Assembly: GCF_006345805.1 (NCBI RefSeq)
Contig: NC_043004.1
Coordinates: forward strand, 26,226,001-26,290,000
Source: Octopus sinensis
Lineage: Eukaryota
Length of the DNA: 64,000 bases
Reading direction: 5' to 3'
Shown: in pieces, positions 1 to 12,866 of the stretch
Numbering within the stretch: position 1 is the first letter of the stretch
How the letters are laid out: each line of letters starts with the position of its first letter
Notes under the pieces: model-generated
What the model saw: only the letters and a program-made list of their open reading frames with translations
What the model was told of the DNA's origin: nothing
Databases searched by the model: none
Made by a program: the position numbers and the translations under genes

Positions 1-1530
1 GGTTCAAGGAATGCCTCAACAGTATTAAGTGTTCCACCCATCAGTATCATGATGACAACATATTAATGATAGGGGACTTCAACCTTCCCAATGTTGATAG
101 GTCCACAAACAGCTTGAAACAAGAATTTTCCACCCCAACCTCTGATAAGGAAGCATGGATGAGTTTTTCCTAACCCAGCAACAAGGTGTTACAAAACACA
201 TTGGATCTAGTGTTCAATAACCACACTGACACTATCCTCAATATTGCAGTGCAAATAAACACCACTACTCTCAGACCATGACATGGTTCTCTGCGATCTG
301 AGAATTCTGCTACCCAAATATCAAATCCAGTGGCATCTCTCCAGTCCATCCATTTGACACTATGGAGCTTCATAACGCAGACTGGGATGCGATCAATCAT
401 GATCTTTCACAAGTTGATTGGGCCTTCCCGCACGCACCCCCCTCCAACATAGACACATCATGGCAGACATTTGTAGATACTGTGACAAATATATGTGCGC
501 AACATACTCTATCAAGATCAGTATACAAATCTACGTGCAGAATACTTAGAAATAGAAGAACAATTATAAGAAAAATAAAAAGAATTAAGAAAATCAACCA
601 ATTTAAATACTACCAGCAGCAACGCACCCATTCAACTGCCATTGCATCACTCGAATCGAAAAAAACACGACCTCCAAAACAGCATGATGATCATCATTAA
701 CAGTCAAATTGCAGCTGAGGAGAGTTGAGCCATCGAGAAAATAAAATGCAATCCTAAAATGTTCTTTCCATTTGCAAAAAAAAACAACAACCCCAAAACA
801 TAAAGACGCTGTTTCCACTGTTGGTCCTCTGGTTGACGAGAACAACACTCTGCAGGATGATGCAAAATCCATGTGCGAGATACTGCAGAGACAATACTAC
901 CCTATCTTCAGTAACCCTAATGCGGTTGATCTGGCTAGTATCAGTGACGTAAACCCTCAACTAACCATATCTGACATAACTTATGGTGCTCCTGATATCC
1001 TAAGAGAAAAAAACACAACGCGGCAGTAGGTCTCGATAAGATCCCGGCCACTGTCCTGAAGATGTGTCGACATCAAATTGCACCCCCTCTAGCTGAGCTC
1101 TGGAGAAACTCACTTGATGCAGGCTAATTCCTGGTAATTTTCTTTTCCAGTCTGTCGTTCCATTCTTCAAAAGGGAAACAAATCTCTTGCAGTGAACTAC
1201 CACCCGATTTCACTCACTTCTCATATCATTAAAGTATTTGAGAGGGTGGTGAGATCGCGAATAACTCACTTCCTCGAAGACAACAATCTGCTGAACCCCA
1301 ACCAGCATGGGTTCCGTGATGGCAGGGACTGCTTGTCGCAGATTTTGCTTATTTTTATGATATCTTAAAAGCTTTGGGAGAGAGCTCCAACACTGTCGTT
1401 ATATACCTTGATTTCAGCAAGGTATTTGACAGAGTGAGCCACAAAATCCTGCTGAAGAAACTGTACAACATTGGAGTTTGTGGAAAGCTGCTGCAATGGA
1501 TAAAGTGTTTCCTGACGAACATAACTCAAC
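1..1530 (+). mobile_element. Decayed CR1/Jockey-group LINE ORF2 (APE endonuclease plus N-terminal half of RT)
   Basis: APE motifs IGDFNLPNV (69-95), NTLDLVFNN and LSDHDM; RT motifs NYHPISLTSHIIKVFERVV, NQHGFR and YLDFSKVFDRVSH; frameshifts present; RT stops abruptly at about 1530. Confidence 0.85.
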
Positions 1531-1727
1531 ATGTAATCTCAAGTTTTAAAACAAACATAATTTTCGTATGGTTCTTTAGGCATTCACTAGTACAACACTA
1601 AGTACAAAACCGAATATATAGCACCCTAGACATAACACCAATATGTACTTCCAACTTGTTGTCTCTTGAGGTCTCTGGGTGAAACTTGGAGCCAGTTTGT
1701 GCAAATGTAAAGCAAAAGTCAAACATA

Positions 1728-1800
<73 letters not shown>
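1531..1800 (+). mobile_element. Probable 3' end of an R4/Dong-type LINE with (AAT)n tail
   Basis: ATG TAA at 1531-1536 mirrors the ...LSM* terminus of the RLE-LINE end at about 24640; about 190 bp of 3' UTR runs directly into (AAT)n at 1728-1800. Confidence 0.5.
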
Positions 1801-1801
<1 letters not shown>

Positions 1802-1825
1802 GCGAAAATCCAAATGTGACTTACA

Positions 1826-3200
1826 TTGGCTCAGCATTTGCACGCTTTTAAGAAAAAAAATGATGAACTCGGCAGGCTTAGTAAATATATTTGGGAATTA
1901 AAAACCAAAGATATAAAGTATAAATTAAAATGGGAAATAATATGTAAAACGAAATCATATAGAATAGGTATTGAATTCTGTTTTCTGTGTACACACGAAT
2001 TTATGGAAACACTAAAAACTAAAATAAGACTATCAACACACAGGATGAACGAAAAATTAAATGTATACTTAAACTCAATTGCCTATTTGATAAGATGAGA
2101 TAACATTTGATTCTTTAGAAAATAAATAAAACCCTAATTTCAAATCAAAATATTTAATCATAATATGTAGATAAAATGTATAATCATATTTTATTATTTA
2201 GTATCACTAAAATATTTCTACTTATTTATATATAAATGTAAGATAATAGTTCTAATTTCAGATATTTTAGTTTCTTAAAAATTTATTGTATAATATTAGA
2301 TGGTATTATTCTAAATTTTTAATCTTAATTTAGAAACTCAATTTTAAGAGTAACGTCAATTTTAAGAATAATAGTATAATCGATATATTTTAATTGTATT
2401 ATAATTATAAAAATTATAAAAAATTAGATTTTTACTGATTTTTACTGACTTTTATTTATTTAAAAATATTTAAAAATATTTTAAAATATTTTAAAATTAT
2501 ATGTTGAGTAATTTAGTTTACCTATTTACCGATCTAGAAATTTATTATTTATCAAAGTTAACAAACAAATATAATAAATTAACCACGTAAAAAATTACTT
2601 TTCCCATCATACACTTCTGGCTTCTCCTGATTTATTATTATTCACTTCCCTTACATGGTAAATATAAATAATAGAAAATACCTTTTAAGAACTTTCAAAT
2701 GTTAATAAGAATTATGTCCCCTACACAGTAGCTCTCAATGTTGGATTATACGATTGCTTCATGTGGTAGCCATGTTTAATTTGTGGAGAGAAAATTACCA
2801 TACAGATAAGTTTACATTTCTTTTTCCTATTTTTATTCCACATTTCTGTTCATTATTTACTAAAGTAAAATTATTCCGACAACTTCTTGTTATATAACTT
2901 TAGTTTGTCATGTCTTTATATAGGATGTAAATAGCAAAATAAGTTCATATAATCTAGACCTGAAGATTGGCAATACAATCGTTTTAATATGGTATTGTAT
3001 TTGAGACCTTCTACTTCAGCAATATCGAGGAATATGTTGTCATGAAACGCGCGTAGTCTATATAATGTAAAGTGTTTGATTTAGAATAAGAACTGAAAGT
3101 ATAAATTTTGATAATTTTAATATTTAGTCCTATATGTATCTATCGTGGATAATGTCGTTCAATGATGATTCAATTGCTTGAGGGTGATTCTGTCTCTTAA
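1826..3200 (+). mobile_element. Penelope-like element remnant: GIY-YIG endonuclease C-terminus plus AT-rich pseudo-LTR
   Basis: ORF 1826-2098 LSKYIWELKTKDIKYKLKWEII...CFLCTHE matches the PLE EN C-terminal pattern; downstream AT-rich tract carries a hammerhead motif. Confidence 0.75.
2955..3060 (+). ncRNA. Type I hammerhead ribozyme motif (PLE pLTR type)
   Basis: Stem I TAGAC/GTCTA; core CTGAAGA 2960-2966; stem II TGGCAATA/TGTTGTCA; GAA; palindromic stem III ACGCGCGT; GUA cleavage triplet ending at 3055. Confidence 0.75.
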
Positions 3201-3202
3201 AC

Positions 3203-3273
<71 letters not shown>

Positions 3274-3333
3274 ATCCAAAAGTGGGTTACACCCATAACC
3301 CCTATCTTACTTTGTACTATATACACACACACA

Positions 3334-3417
<84 letters not shown>

Positions 3418-3470
3418 ACACACACACACATATATATATATATATAATATATATATATATGTATATATAT
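3203..3470. repeat. Compound microsatellite (CTAT)n/(CA)n/(CT)n/(TA)n
   Basis: Direct reading. Confidence 0.95.
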
Positions 3471-3629
3471 AATCAAAGGTGCAGAAACAACCTACTCCGA
3501 AGGAATTTAAAAGTAAGGAAATACAAGGTAAAATAAGAAATCCATGAGTCAGGTAATCCAAATCAGTTGGAAAGACAAGGGCAGTCTGTGTGAGCGTGCA
3601 GTAAATAGTCAATTCAAATAAACAAAAGA

Positions 3630-3925
3630 TTCAAATGAACGAATAAAAACGGACGACATGAGGATGTGCATAAGAAATGTATTAGCTTGACGCTCGGTGA
3701 AAGGAGAGAGTTTGACATTTTGAGCATAGCTCTTCATCGGAAAGGAGAAAGTCCAAAGAAGAAAAAGAAATCACCAACGGTACACCTTCGTTGAACTTTT
3801 CCCTTTCTCCTTTCTGACGAAGGGCTATGCTCGAAACGTCAAACTCTCTCTTTTCATCGAACGTCAAACTAATACACTTCTTATGCACGTCTTCATGTTG
3901 TCCGTTTTAATTCGTTTATTTGAAT
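3630..3925. repeat. Inverted repeat (about 120-bp arms) of a short hammerhead-bearing element
   Basis: 3630-3751 is the reverse complement of about 3800-3925 with scattered mismatches. Confidence 0.85.
3811..3843 (+). ncRNA. Minimal hammerhead motif
   Basis: TTT CTGACGA A GGGC-TAT-GCTC GAA ACGT C AAA; canonical core, palindromic ACGT stem III, 3-bp stem I. Confidence 0.6.
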
Positions 3926-4282
3926 TGTTCATTTGCATTGACTACACACACGCATATATATATATGTGTGTGTGTGTGTGTGTATGTTTATAAGAAAATG
4001 GGATGGCAAAGAGTTAAACGATTATCTTACGAAGTTGTTTCTGTTATAAGGGGCAATGGCTTCATAGTTGAGTGACCTTATAGCTTCATCGGACCTTCGA
4101 ATAGGATAAAGATAATCGTTTATTCGTTTGTCATCTCTCTTTCTTATTACCGCTCTGCACTCGACTTACGCTTCGTTCAGAAGCATATGTATATTGAGTT
4201 CTACACCGGGTTATTAGTCTCGCAATGCCTATGCGAAATACACACGCGCGCATACGCACACACACACACACACACGCACACA

Positions 4283-4324
<42 letters not shown>

Positions 4325-5140
4325 ACTCACACACATTAATTTGCACATCCAACTTAACTAAGATGCATTGTTTTAAATGCCGTAAGCTGCGGTATCGTTC
4401 TGAGAAATCAGCATGTGTAGACGTTAAAAGCTAAAAAAGCACGCAGACAAAACTTCGTCAGCACTCTCTGCGTCACTTTGACATACACATACACACACAG
4501 ACACGCGCATGCGTGTATTTGTATGTATAGGTAAGAGTGAGAAGTTAATATGTTCGCTTTGAAATCATGTAGTTCCGGATTTCGATTCTACTGGCTGACA
4601 TCTCTGACCACAGCTTCAAATCGAACCAAGATTTTTAGATAACATTGGGTAGATGGAAACTGAATAGAATCCTTCCGAATGCACTGTGCCTAAAATCCAA
4701 AATTCCATCCTTGTCACACACAGTGTCACACTAAATCTGTCTCCGCATTGCGCTAAGGGTACACCTGTCTTTGGAAATTCTCAACCACTTGCACATTAAT
4801 TCAATGAGAAGGTAGTTCAGTTTATCGGACAACTAAATCCTCATCGTCAAAACAGACGCACACCCACATGCATATCGATATGCAAGAAACTAAATCACCT
4901 GTCTGTCACATAGACTGGTCACTGTGTTGCAAGGCGACCGTCCATTTTCTCTATCAAATAAACTCTAGATTCTACATAAAATGTCATAAGACACATATAA
5001 CGCAGTCTTAGCCTGAAATTTATGAATCGACTTCATATTATTGAGGTAAATTCTCGTGAAATGATATATTTTACTAAGATAGACAATTATGTAATAGACT
5101 TTCTATTATGGGCCTAGTGACTGATAGTACATATGTAAAG

Positions 5141-5478
5141 TAAATAGGTAAAGACCCCCTTCGGTCATGAATGACCATGGGATTGCACCTAGAAAGTTAC
5201 CCTCCTAGACACAAGTCCGGGCAAGGTTGTTTATGGAAGGCTAGCAGTCGCCCATGCATACCAGCCTCCCCTCTCCACGCCACCAGTGTTATCCAAGGGA
5301 AAGACAAAGGTCGATACAGCTTGGCACCAGTGACGTCGCAACTCATTTCTACAGCTGAGTGAACTGGAGCAACGTGAAATAAAGTGCCTTGCTCAAGAAC
5401 ACAACACGCAGCCCGGTCGGGGATTCAAGCTCACAACCTCACGATCGTAAGCTCGACGCTCTAACCACTGAGCCATGC
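5141..5478 (-). mobile_element. tRNA-derived SINE with CORE-like centre
   Basis: Minus strand starts GCATGGCTCAGTGGTTAGAGC (A box), has a B-box-like GCTTGAATCC, then TGTGTTCTTGAGCAAGGCACTT; head shared with 53533-53862. Confidence 0.85.
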
Positions 5479-5934
5479 TATGGTGTTATAAATGTCAGTG
5501 GCGTTAGAAGTGTAGATTTGTACTAGGGAAAAACAGTATTTGATTTCACAGAGAATTGCTGCAAGATTTCTGTGGTGTAATCGTTGATGTAAATATGTGG
5601 TTCGAATACCGCCAGAGAAGCCTTTTCTGCTCCAAATAGGTATTTATGCATGTGTGTGTGTGTGTGTGTCTGTGCGCGCGCGCGCGTCTATACATATATT
5701 GTAATAATAAGGGTAGATAGAAGAAATGAAAGAATTTATTTATTTACAGGTACTGAGAATCCTCGGATCCTCCAAGGAAATGAAACGGAATGAAATAAAA
5801 TACGATAAAGTAAGATATTTACGTTAAAACACTTAGAAATTTTTCGTATAGCGCTTGAGGATGCTTTCACCTTTACACGGTATGCGTTCAGAAACAGTAG
5901 CTTCTTCTTCCCCAGGACAATCTTAATGAATTTT

Positions 5935-6120
5935 AGCAGTAACGTTAGCTGTAGCATCAGCTATAATATTAGCTTTAACATTAACTGTAGCAGCTGGACG
6001 TCGTAGCAAAAGTCGTAGCATTTACTGTAACACTTTACAACACTAGCTGAAACAGCTGTAGTATTAGTTCTAATAATAGATGTAACATTAGTTATAATAT
6101 TGGTTGTAACATTCGTTGAC
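5935..6120. repeat. Degenerate minisatellite of about 12 bp (TGTARCAYTAGC-like)
   Basis: Recurrent agctgtagcatc / agctataatatt / agctttaacatt units. Confidence 0.45.
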
Positions 6121-6239
6121 AACTAAAACCTGCGTTAATCGGAGTCTATGCTAAATATGCATATAATTTTATTCCATATAACAAAAACAACCTTTAACCT
6201 CACTCTAAATATACATATATGTTTATGTTGTATCGTCGT

Positions 6240-6591
6240 GGCGCTCCGTCGGTTACGGCGACGAGGGTTCCAGTTGATCTGATCAACGGAACAGCCTGCT
6301 CGTGAAATTAACGTGTAAGTGGTTGAGCACTCCACAGACACGTGCACCCTTAACGTAGTTCTCGGGGAGATTCAGCATGACACAGAGTGTGACAAGGCTG
6401 GCCCTTTGAAATACAGGTACAACAGAAACAGGAAGAGTGAGAGAAAATTGTGGTGAAAGAGTACAGCAGGGTTCGCTCCCCCCCCCCGTCGGAGCCTCGC
6501 TCAAAAAACACAACACCCGGTCTGAGAATCGAAAATGCGATCCTACGACCGCGAGTCTGCTACCCTAACCACTGGGCTAATGCGCCTCTAC
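6240..6591 (-). mobile_element. tRNA-derived SINE (head as 22826 family, tail as 53533 family)
   Basis: Head matches 23030-23126; 6240-6420 matches 53545-53720. Confidence 0.85.
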
Positions 6592-6626
6592 CTATGTTAT
6601 ATAAACAAGAATGTATGTATACTTAC

Positions 6627-6673
6627 CACATCCATTAATATGTCACCTTGAGTTAAAAAGGTATTATCCACAG
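6627..6673 (-). CDS. Internal exon of putative astacin-like metalloprotease gene (pro-domain)
   Basis: Acceptor attgtattttccag and donor GTG|GTAAGT; phase 1 to 0; encodes (A)VDNTFLTQGDILMDV, resembling the astacin F-E/Q-GDI propeptide motif. Confidence 0.62.
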
Positions 6674-6876
6674 CTGGAAAATACAATATTTAAATTAGAA
6701 GTTTCTAATATTAGTAAGATTTGCGTAGTAGCATTCATGCTTTTGTAAAGGGAATATTGACAAAATACAGAAATGGGAATCATAAATGGGATTAATGGTT
6801 ATATAGTATGTGTGAAATCATGGTCGAGGGACATTGACAGCAGTTTGTCTCACCCTGTTAAGTTACCCATGGATAC

Positions 6877-6921
<45 letters not shown>

Positions 6922-7124
6922 AATAAGAAATGGAGTCACACGCAGGTGTTATTCAAATATTTATACTTCCGACAAATGTTTCGAAGAACATTTGCTACCC
7001 TGGTAACTATTTATTTATTTTTTCCGTGTTATTTGGACACATTGAAAAAATACACACACAAACATACATACATACATATATACATACATACATACATACA
7101 TAGATACATACATACATACATACA

Positions 7125-7156
<32 letters not shown>

Positions 7157-7160
<4 letters not shown>

Positions 7161-7364
7161 TAATCCAAACAGGAAAACAGAAAAAACAACAACACGTGGA
7201 ACAATTAAAGTATTATTATTGGCGCTCAGGAAAGAGGGAAGAAGGAGGGTATGACGTTTCGAGCGGAGCTCTTCGTCGGAAACATAAGAGAAGGAAGAAA
7301 GAAAGATCCCGAGGTGGGCGAACAGAGGGAAAAAAACGCGACTGGTTTTTACGAAGTAAACATG

Positions 7365-7368
<4 letters not shown>
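7157..7368 (-). mobile_element. About 210-bp non-autonomous element with hammerhead-like motif, embedded in (TA)n
   Basis: Flanked by (TA)n on both sides; homologous to 52115-52330; minus-strand GTTT CCGACGA A GAGC-TCC-GCTC GAAACGTC at about 7250-7283. Confidence 0.75.
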
Positions 7369-7457
<89 letters not shown>

Positions 7458-7899
7458 ATGTATGTATGTATATATAATTTGTGTATTAAGGCTACCATTG
7501 GTTTTAATATCTTAACACTATTTCAAGCCGACCATATAGAAAGATGGTTGTTTTAAGTGACTATTTCCCTTGGTTTAACTTAATATTGTGCTGAATGATA
7601 AGTTTGCTTATATTATGTTATATCCTGGATACGTGTAATATTTGTATGTTATCTGTTCATCATGAGGACAAATGTCTTCTATGAATGAAGTTCGTGTAAT
7701 GTATATATTTAATGTTCACGTTTAAAGAAAAAAAAACTATCCTTGTAGGATCGGCGGAGTGGGTAGTGGTTTCTCTTGGAAATGTCAGAGTCTGAAATAT
7801 TGCTTGATCATGCAGAGAGAAGGTTTCCTCCCTAATGTTTAAGATGTTATATATATATCAATTGTCAGACGAATTTCTAATACGAAATTCCTTGCATGA

Positions 7900-9311
7900 C
7901 TGTCTAAATTATAAATCTTTGTAATTGCTATTAGTAAATGAAATGTGTGTAATGGAGAATATATTGAAAAAATGCGAGGACTATAGATCAGGGATGTATC
8001 AAGAGAAGAAAGCAGATCTAGACAGATATGGCAACGGAAACAATCATTTCTTGATAAATATGGTGAAAATTACGCCACTTTACGACACCAAGAAATAGAA
8101 TTAGAAAGGAACAACCTCATCAACACAACAGGCACAAGAACACGTTGCAAAATAAAACACCCGTTTCACCGTGAATCAAAGACTAGCTACGGTAAAAACT
8201 CTTCGTTACTATTACAAGAACACCCTAATACACATAGCATTCGCAAAAACAAACAAAACAGATATTCCTTTGATCAAATCATTAGGGATAGAAAAACTAG
8301 GGGATTATTCTCAAGATCTCAACAAAGGCTACCTATAAGGAACTGGGTTTAAAAAAAAAGAAAAAAAGACGGTCTAGATCCCGAAGCGAACCTAGATTAT
8401 TTCCCCAGATTGTTAGTAATAGTACTAGCAAGAAAATGAAAAACAATATACGAAACAGGATAGAAAACAATGAAACCAAGTGAAACACCACCAGAAAAAG
8501 AGAAAAACCAGACGGCCCCAAAACAACTAAACATATTGATCCTAAAACAATTAATTTATCTAAAAGAGATTTAAACAGTGATGAACGCCAACTTTTTGGG
8601 GAAGGACTAAAATTCACACATACACCAAGTCAACTACCAAAATTTGGAGGAGGATATCCAAAAATTCTGACGGAAATTACTTGTTGAATTCTTTGCTACT
8701 AAAAGTAGTGATATTGGTGAATCCCTAGTAAGGAATAAATCAAAACTCACCCTGCCAGAAGGAAAAAAGAACTGTCTCGACCAATACATTGATTTTCTGT
8801 CTAAATTTCGCCTTAGACGCATTACTAATGTTAGGCCAAATATGAACAAATCAGAGATATCTGCACTTAAACGTCTACAAAACGGTAACACAATAACCAT
8901 TAAACAAGCAAATAAATGGGGTGCAATTGTTATAATGGATACTACAGGGATTCAGTTGAGGACTAATTGAAGGACACAAAATTTTGCTGTGAAATACCTT
9001 CAAATATAGACCACCACATCATGACAAAGGCCAATAACCTGGTTTCAAAACATTACAACTCCCTTACCAATAACGAAAGAGATTACATCACCAATTTCGA
9101 ACCAAAATGCGTAAGTCAAAAGAAATTCAACACGCAGTAAAGAAACAAGAAAGTGAGTACATAACATAAAATTACTACACCCGAAAGACCTAAAACTCAG
9201 ACCGATTATAGGTAGTCCAGCATGCCCTACCCACGGTCTAAACAATTTTAGTGACACCTAGTTTCATCCGGGATGAGATCGATTTCCTGTCCCACCTTCC
9301 CAAAACAACAG
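7900..9311 (+). mobile_element. Penelope-like element, 5' part and RT start (decayed)
   Basis: Collinear with 34900-36400; motifs LRPIIGSPACPTHGL and IRDEIDFLSHLPKT. Confidence 0.8.
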
Positions 9312-10729
9312 AATCGAATATGCAGATTTCACGATTGAAAATGAAGACGTACCACAGAAATTTTCTCAAGGAGAGTTAAATGATTTAATTAGGGATATGC
9401 CATTGTTGAAGGATAAAGCTAGCATCTTGCCTACAAGAAAAGTGTTTGCTTAAGAAAGATGTTTATATTACTCATTTCAGGAAGATAAATAGGGATCTGA
9501 CTTCATGTTTCAGTAATAACACTGATGAGTTATTTCGCTGTTTGTTCCCAGAGCATGTTCCAGCTGAATGGCGCTTATTCATTCCTTCATCTAAGAGAAG
9601 CCTTAAAGCAGTACCACTACACAACAGCAATAAGAAACCACCCATTCCCATAGGACATTCAGTGCACGTGAAGGAGTGTTATGAAAACAGGCAAGTACTC
9701 CTCAATGCCATAAAGTATACAAACTACAGCTGGAAAATATGTGGAGAATGCAATCTGGGTTCACGAAATATTGTTGCTTTTTATTCCTATGGGATAGTCG
9801 TGCAACTAACAAGCACTATGTGCAATCAGAGTGGCCTTTGCGAAAATCATATGAGCCGGGAGTTTCTAGCGTCCAGAATAAGCCACTTTTAAACCCAGAA
9901 AATGTTCTCCTCCCTCTTCACACAAAGCTTGGCTTCATGAAACAATTTGTGAAGACACCAGGAAAAGCTCAAAAGGTTTTGAATATGTGAAGGCCAAATT
10001 TCCAAAAATCACTGAGGCAAAACTGAAGGAGGGTGTATTCATAGGTCCGCAGATAAACGAACTCCTGAAGGACAACCACTTCCTCACAGCACTGGATGAA
10101 ATTGAGCTTAAAGCCTGGGAATCCTTCAAATGGCTCTGTGAAAATTTCCTAGGCAACAAGAGATCTCTAGAGTTTAGAAATTGGTGAAATGTCTTCTAGG
10201 CTCCTATGCTGGAATGGGCTGTCGGATGTCACTCAAAGTTCATTTTCTTGATTCACATCTGGACTTTTTTTTACAGAGAACCTTGGATCAATGTCTGATG
10301 AGCAAGGGGAACACTTTCAAGATATTGCATCGATGGAACAACGTTATCAAGGATTTGGGAATGCAGGAATGTTAGATGGCTACTGTTGGATGTCATACAG
10401 GGATGAACCTGAGACAAAACACCATAGAAAGTCCAAATCCCAAATATTTTAAGTTGTTATGCATTTTAGTGCATTCTAACTTATTTGTACACAATGATTT
10501 AAATTTTGTACAATAAAAAACCATGAAATTATCGTATCTTGTATTCAATATACCTTATATAGACATGCTTTACGTATCTTTTAAGTTAAAACAGCAGGTA
10601 TCATTAACATGAAAATGTGACCTGATAGAGGAAACTAGACTTCAGACTCGTAATAAGCATCAAAAATTAACCCAGAAAAGTCAATCAGCAACTCTGATGA
10701 TTAAAAAAGTTTCATTTTGTTGACCAGTG
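9312..10729 (+). mobile_element. Chapaev3-like (CMC) DNA transposon, left end missing
   Basis: Transposase fragments WRLFIPSSKRSLKAV, GFTKYCCFLFLWDSRA, LHTKLGFMKQFVK, EGVFIGPQI and GCRMSLKVHFLDSHLDFF; right terminus ...TTTTGTTGACCAGTG followed by TAA. Superfamily call is from recall of the motif set. Confidence 0.7.
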
Positions 10730-11080
10730 TAATCGATGTGGTACATGTCAGTTCATACATACCGGTCAATATATGAATACAGAAACAAGAATATTTACAA
10801 ATGCAAATATGAACTACAAAAAGTAGAGATTTAATTTACTACATCAAATGTCCGAATTGTGAAGAGATATACGGAACATTCACGTATGCACCGACAGCAA
10901 ATTATGGATTCTGATGTCCGTCAAATACCTTTAAGCAACCACCTGGCAACATATGTTCAGAAAACGTTTATAATATTCTCATATTCCCATTCTACAAACT
11001 ACATAACTCAAGTGAAATTTAGAGAAAAGTCAGAGAAAAGAATTTTATTAATTCAAACCCGTTCTATAGAAACGGTGAAT
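10730..11080 (+). mobile_element. Continuation of the PLE: GIY-YIG region
   Basis: RCGTCQFI..., LIYYIKCPNCEE, HRQQI...RQIPLSNHL and IFPFYKL across frameshifts. Confidence 0.7.
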
Positions 11081-11259
11081 TATAATGATGATGGTGATAA
11101 AGTTGATGGGTGGATGTTAGTAGTGTTGACCAAATGAACATTGACTCGACTGAAATGTAAAAATTTCTGGAGTAACAATAGAAGTCAGTGAAAACAGGAA
11201 TGTTGCTTACAAAATTCCAAGATATAACCAAACAATTATTCTTTTATATGCAAGTAAAA

Positions 11260-11735
11260 TAAAGAATCCTTTATTTTCGTTTAACGTAGAGGCGGTCTAT
11301 GTCACTGTTGATGTGGAAATTATGTGTGCTGGTTAGTATCTTCCGGGATTTCACATGAATGGCTCGCATCTCATCAAGCATCCAATCAAGTAGCCCAAAA
11401 TGTCTGTATGAGTACTGACACTGCAAACACATTGTGGGCTACAATTCTGTTGAATGCAGAGAATTCTGTGGTTTATTTTTCTTTATTCGGCTGTAATATC
11501 CTTTAGTGGCACGTATCTTGTAGTGGTGTCAGTGTAAGATATGTTTTCACCTACCTCAAGATAACTGCAACATTCCTCGTCAGATACAGGGAAAATATCG
11601 ATGGAGATGTTGCTAGTCTGATTTACAGTTTTCTCTCTTTTTATAACCATATAGCAACATTTATCCCGACCAAACTCATCCCTATATCCTTTACGAATAT
11701 TGTAACCAGGTCAAAGCTCTTTTTCATCTCAAGCA
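11260..11735 (-). mobile_element. R4/Dong-type LINE internal fragment
   Basis: Reverse complement aligns by eye with about 56500-56960 of the plus-strand copy. Confidence 0.8.
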
Positions 11736-11736
<1 letters not shown>

Positions 11737-11833
<97 letters not shown>

Positions 11834-11854
11834 CATACCTACCTACCTACCTAC

Positions 11855-11932
<78 letters not shown>
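11737..11932. repeat. (CTAT)n/(CTAC)n microsatellite
   Basis: Direct reading. Confidence 0.95.
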
Positions 11933-11933
<1 letters not shown>

Positions 11934-12675
11934 ATTTTCTCATTCTTTCTTTCTTTTTCTTCATATGTATGTGTTTGTGCGCGCGCATATGTGCATGCGT
12001 ACTCTCAGCAACAACATATATATACACATACTTTGTAAAGTTTGTTTAAACGAATTCGTGTTTTAGTCGCCTCGTCAAAATGAAGGCAAGACAACAAAAG
12101 CAAACATAAATACACGTCCGTACGCGCGCACAAAACAGAGACACTAGCAAACGCCAATAACAAATGTATAACTAAAAGTCAACGATTTGGTTTGTATTTT
12201 TTTTCTAATGACATACTGGTATATTGTATGTTTTCCGTCATATTTTCCTGCCTTCTATTTGCATGTACGATGTTAACAGACAAACAATGAAGCGAATAAC
12301 GGAAACTAACGATTTCTTCCGACTCTTCCTAAAGCTGACTCAGATTTATTTCAAGTTAACAATGATTGGTTACTTCCCCCATTGATAACAACGTCTGTTG
12401 ACCCTCCACATCCGATTCAACAAGATAGACAGTCAAAACTAACACCTTCACCGCTATTCTTCATAAGAAAACATTGATCGTCTATAATCCTGTGCGTTTC
12501 TTGTATTGTTCTTAGGTCTGTTCTGTTAGTTTAATAGAAGAAATTGGATAATAGGTAACTGTGCGAGAAATAGAAGTAGCCTGTGTGTATAAAAACGTCC
12601 ATGTGGTGTTCACAGTGAATATTATTTGTTTGACACTGGACGGAAAACGTTCTAAAGGAAAAATTAAGGGTAAAA

Positions 12676-12710
12676 ATATGATATTTCGAACGTAGCCCTT
12701 CGTCGGATAT
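12676..12710 (-). ncRNA. Minimal hammerhead-like motif, CCGACGA core variant
   Basis: ATAT CCGACGA A GGGC-TAC-GTTC GAA ATAT C ATAT. Confidence 0.5.
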
Positions 12711-12832
12711 GTAGAGTAGAAGCCAAAGAAGAGGAAAAAGAGGAGGAAGCACGTGTAGGAAGGAATGAAGGTCGGGCTCGGTGACAAAGCGGAGGAACTG
12801 AGGAAAGTGTGAGAGATGGCACATACACGCAC

Positions 12833-12866
<34 letters not shown>

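Noticed and set aside
4410-4466. Minus-strand CTGACGA...AACGTC motif
   Set aside because: GAAA is replaced by TTTA and stem I is weak
4031-5769. Next-exon candidates 5748-5769 (DPRILST), 4170-4228 and 4031-4094
   Set aside because: 5748-5769 fits phase 0 but has a weak donor; the other two do not join in phase directly; none has astacin motifs
5750-5809. Plus-strand 60-nt exon with good splice sites
   Set aside because: No partner exons or recognisable product; shows the chance rate of such matches
12308-12478. Plus-strand open frame RFLPTLPKADSDLFQVNNDWLLPP...
   Set aside because: No start codon, homology or supporting exons
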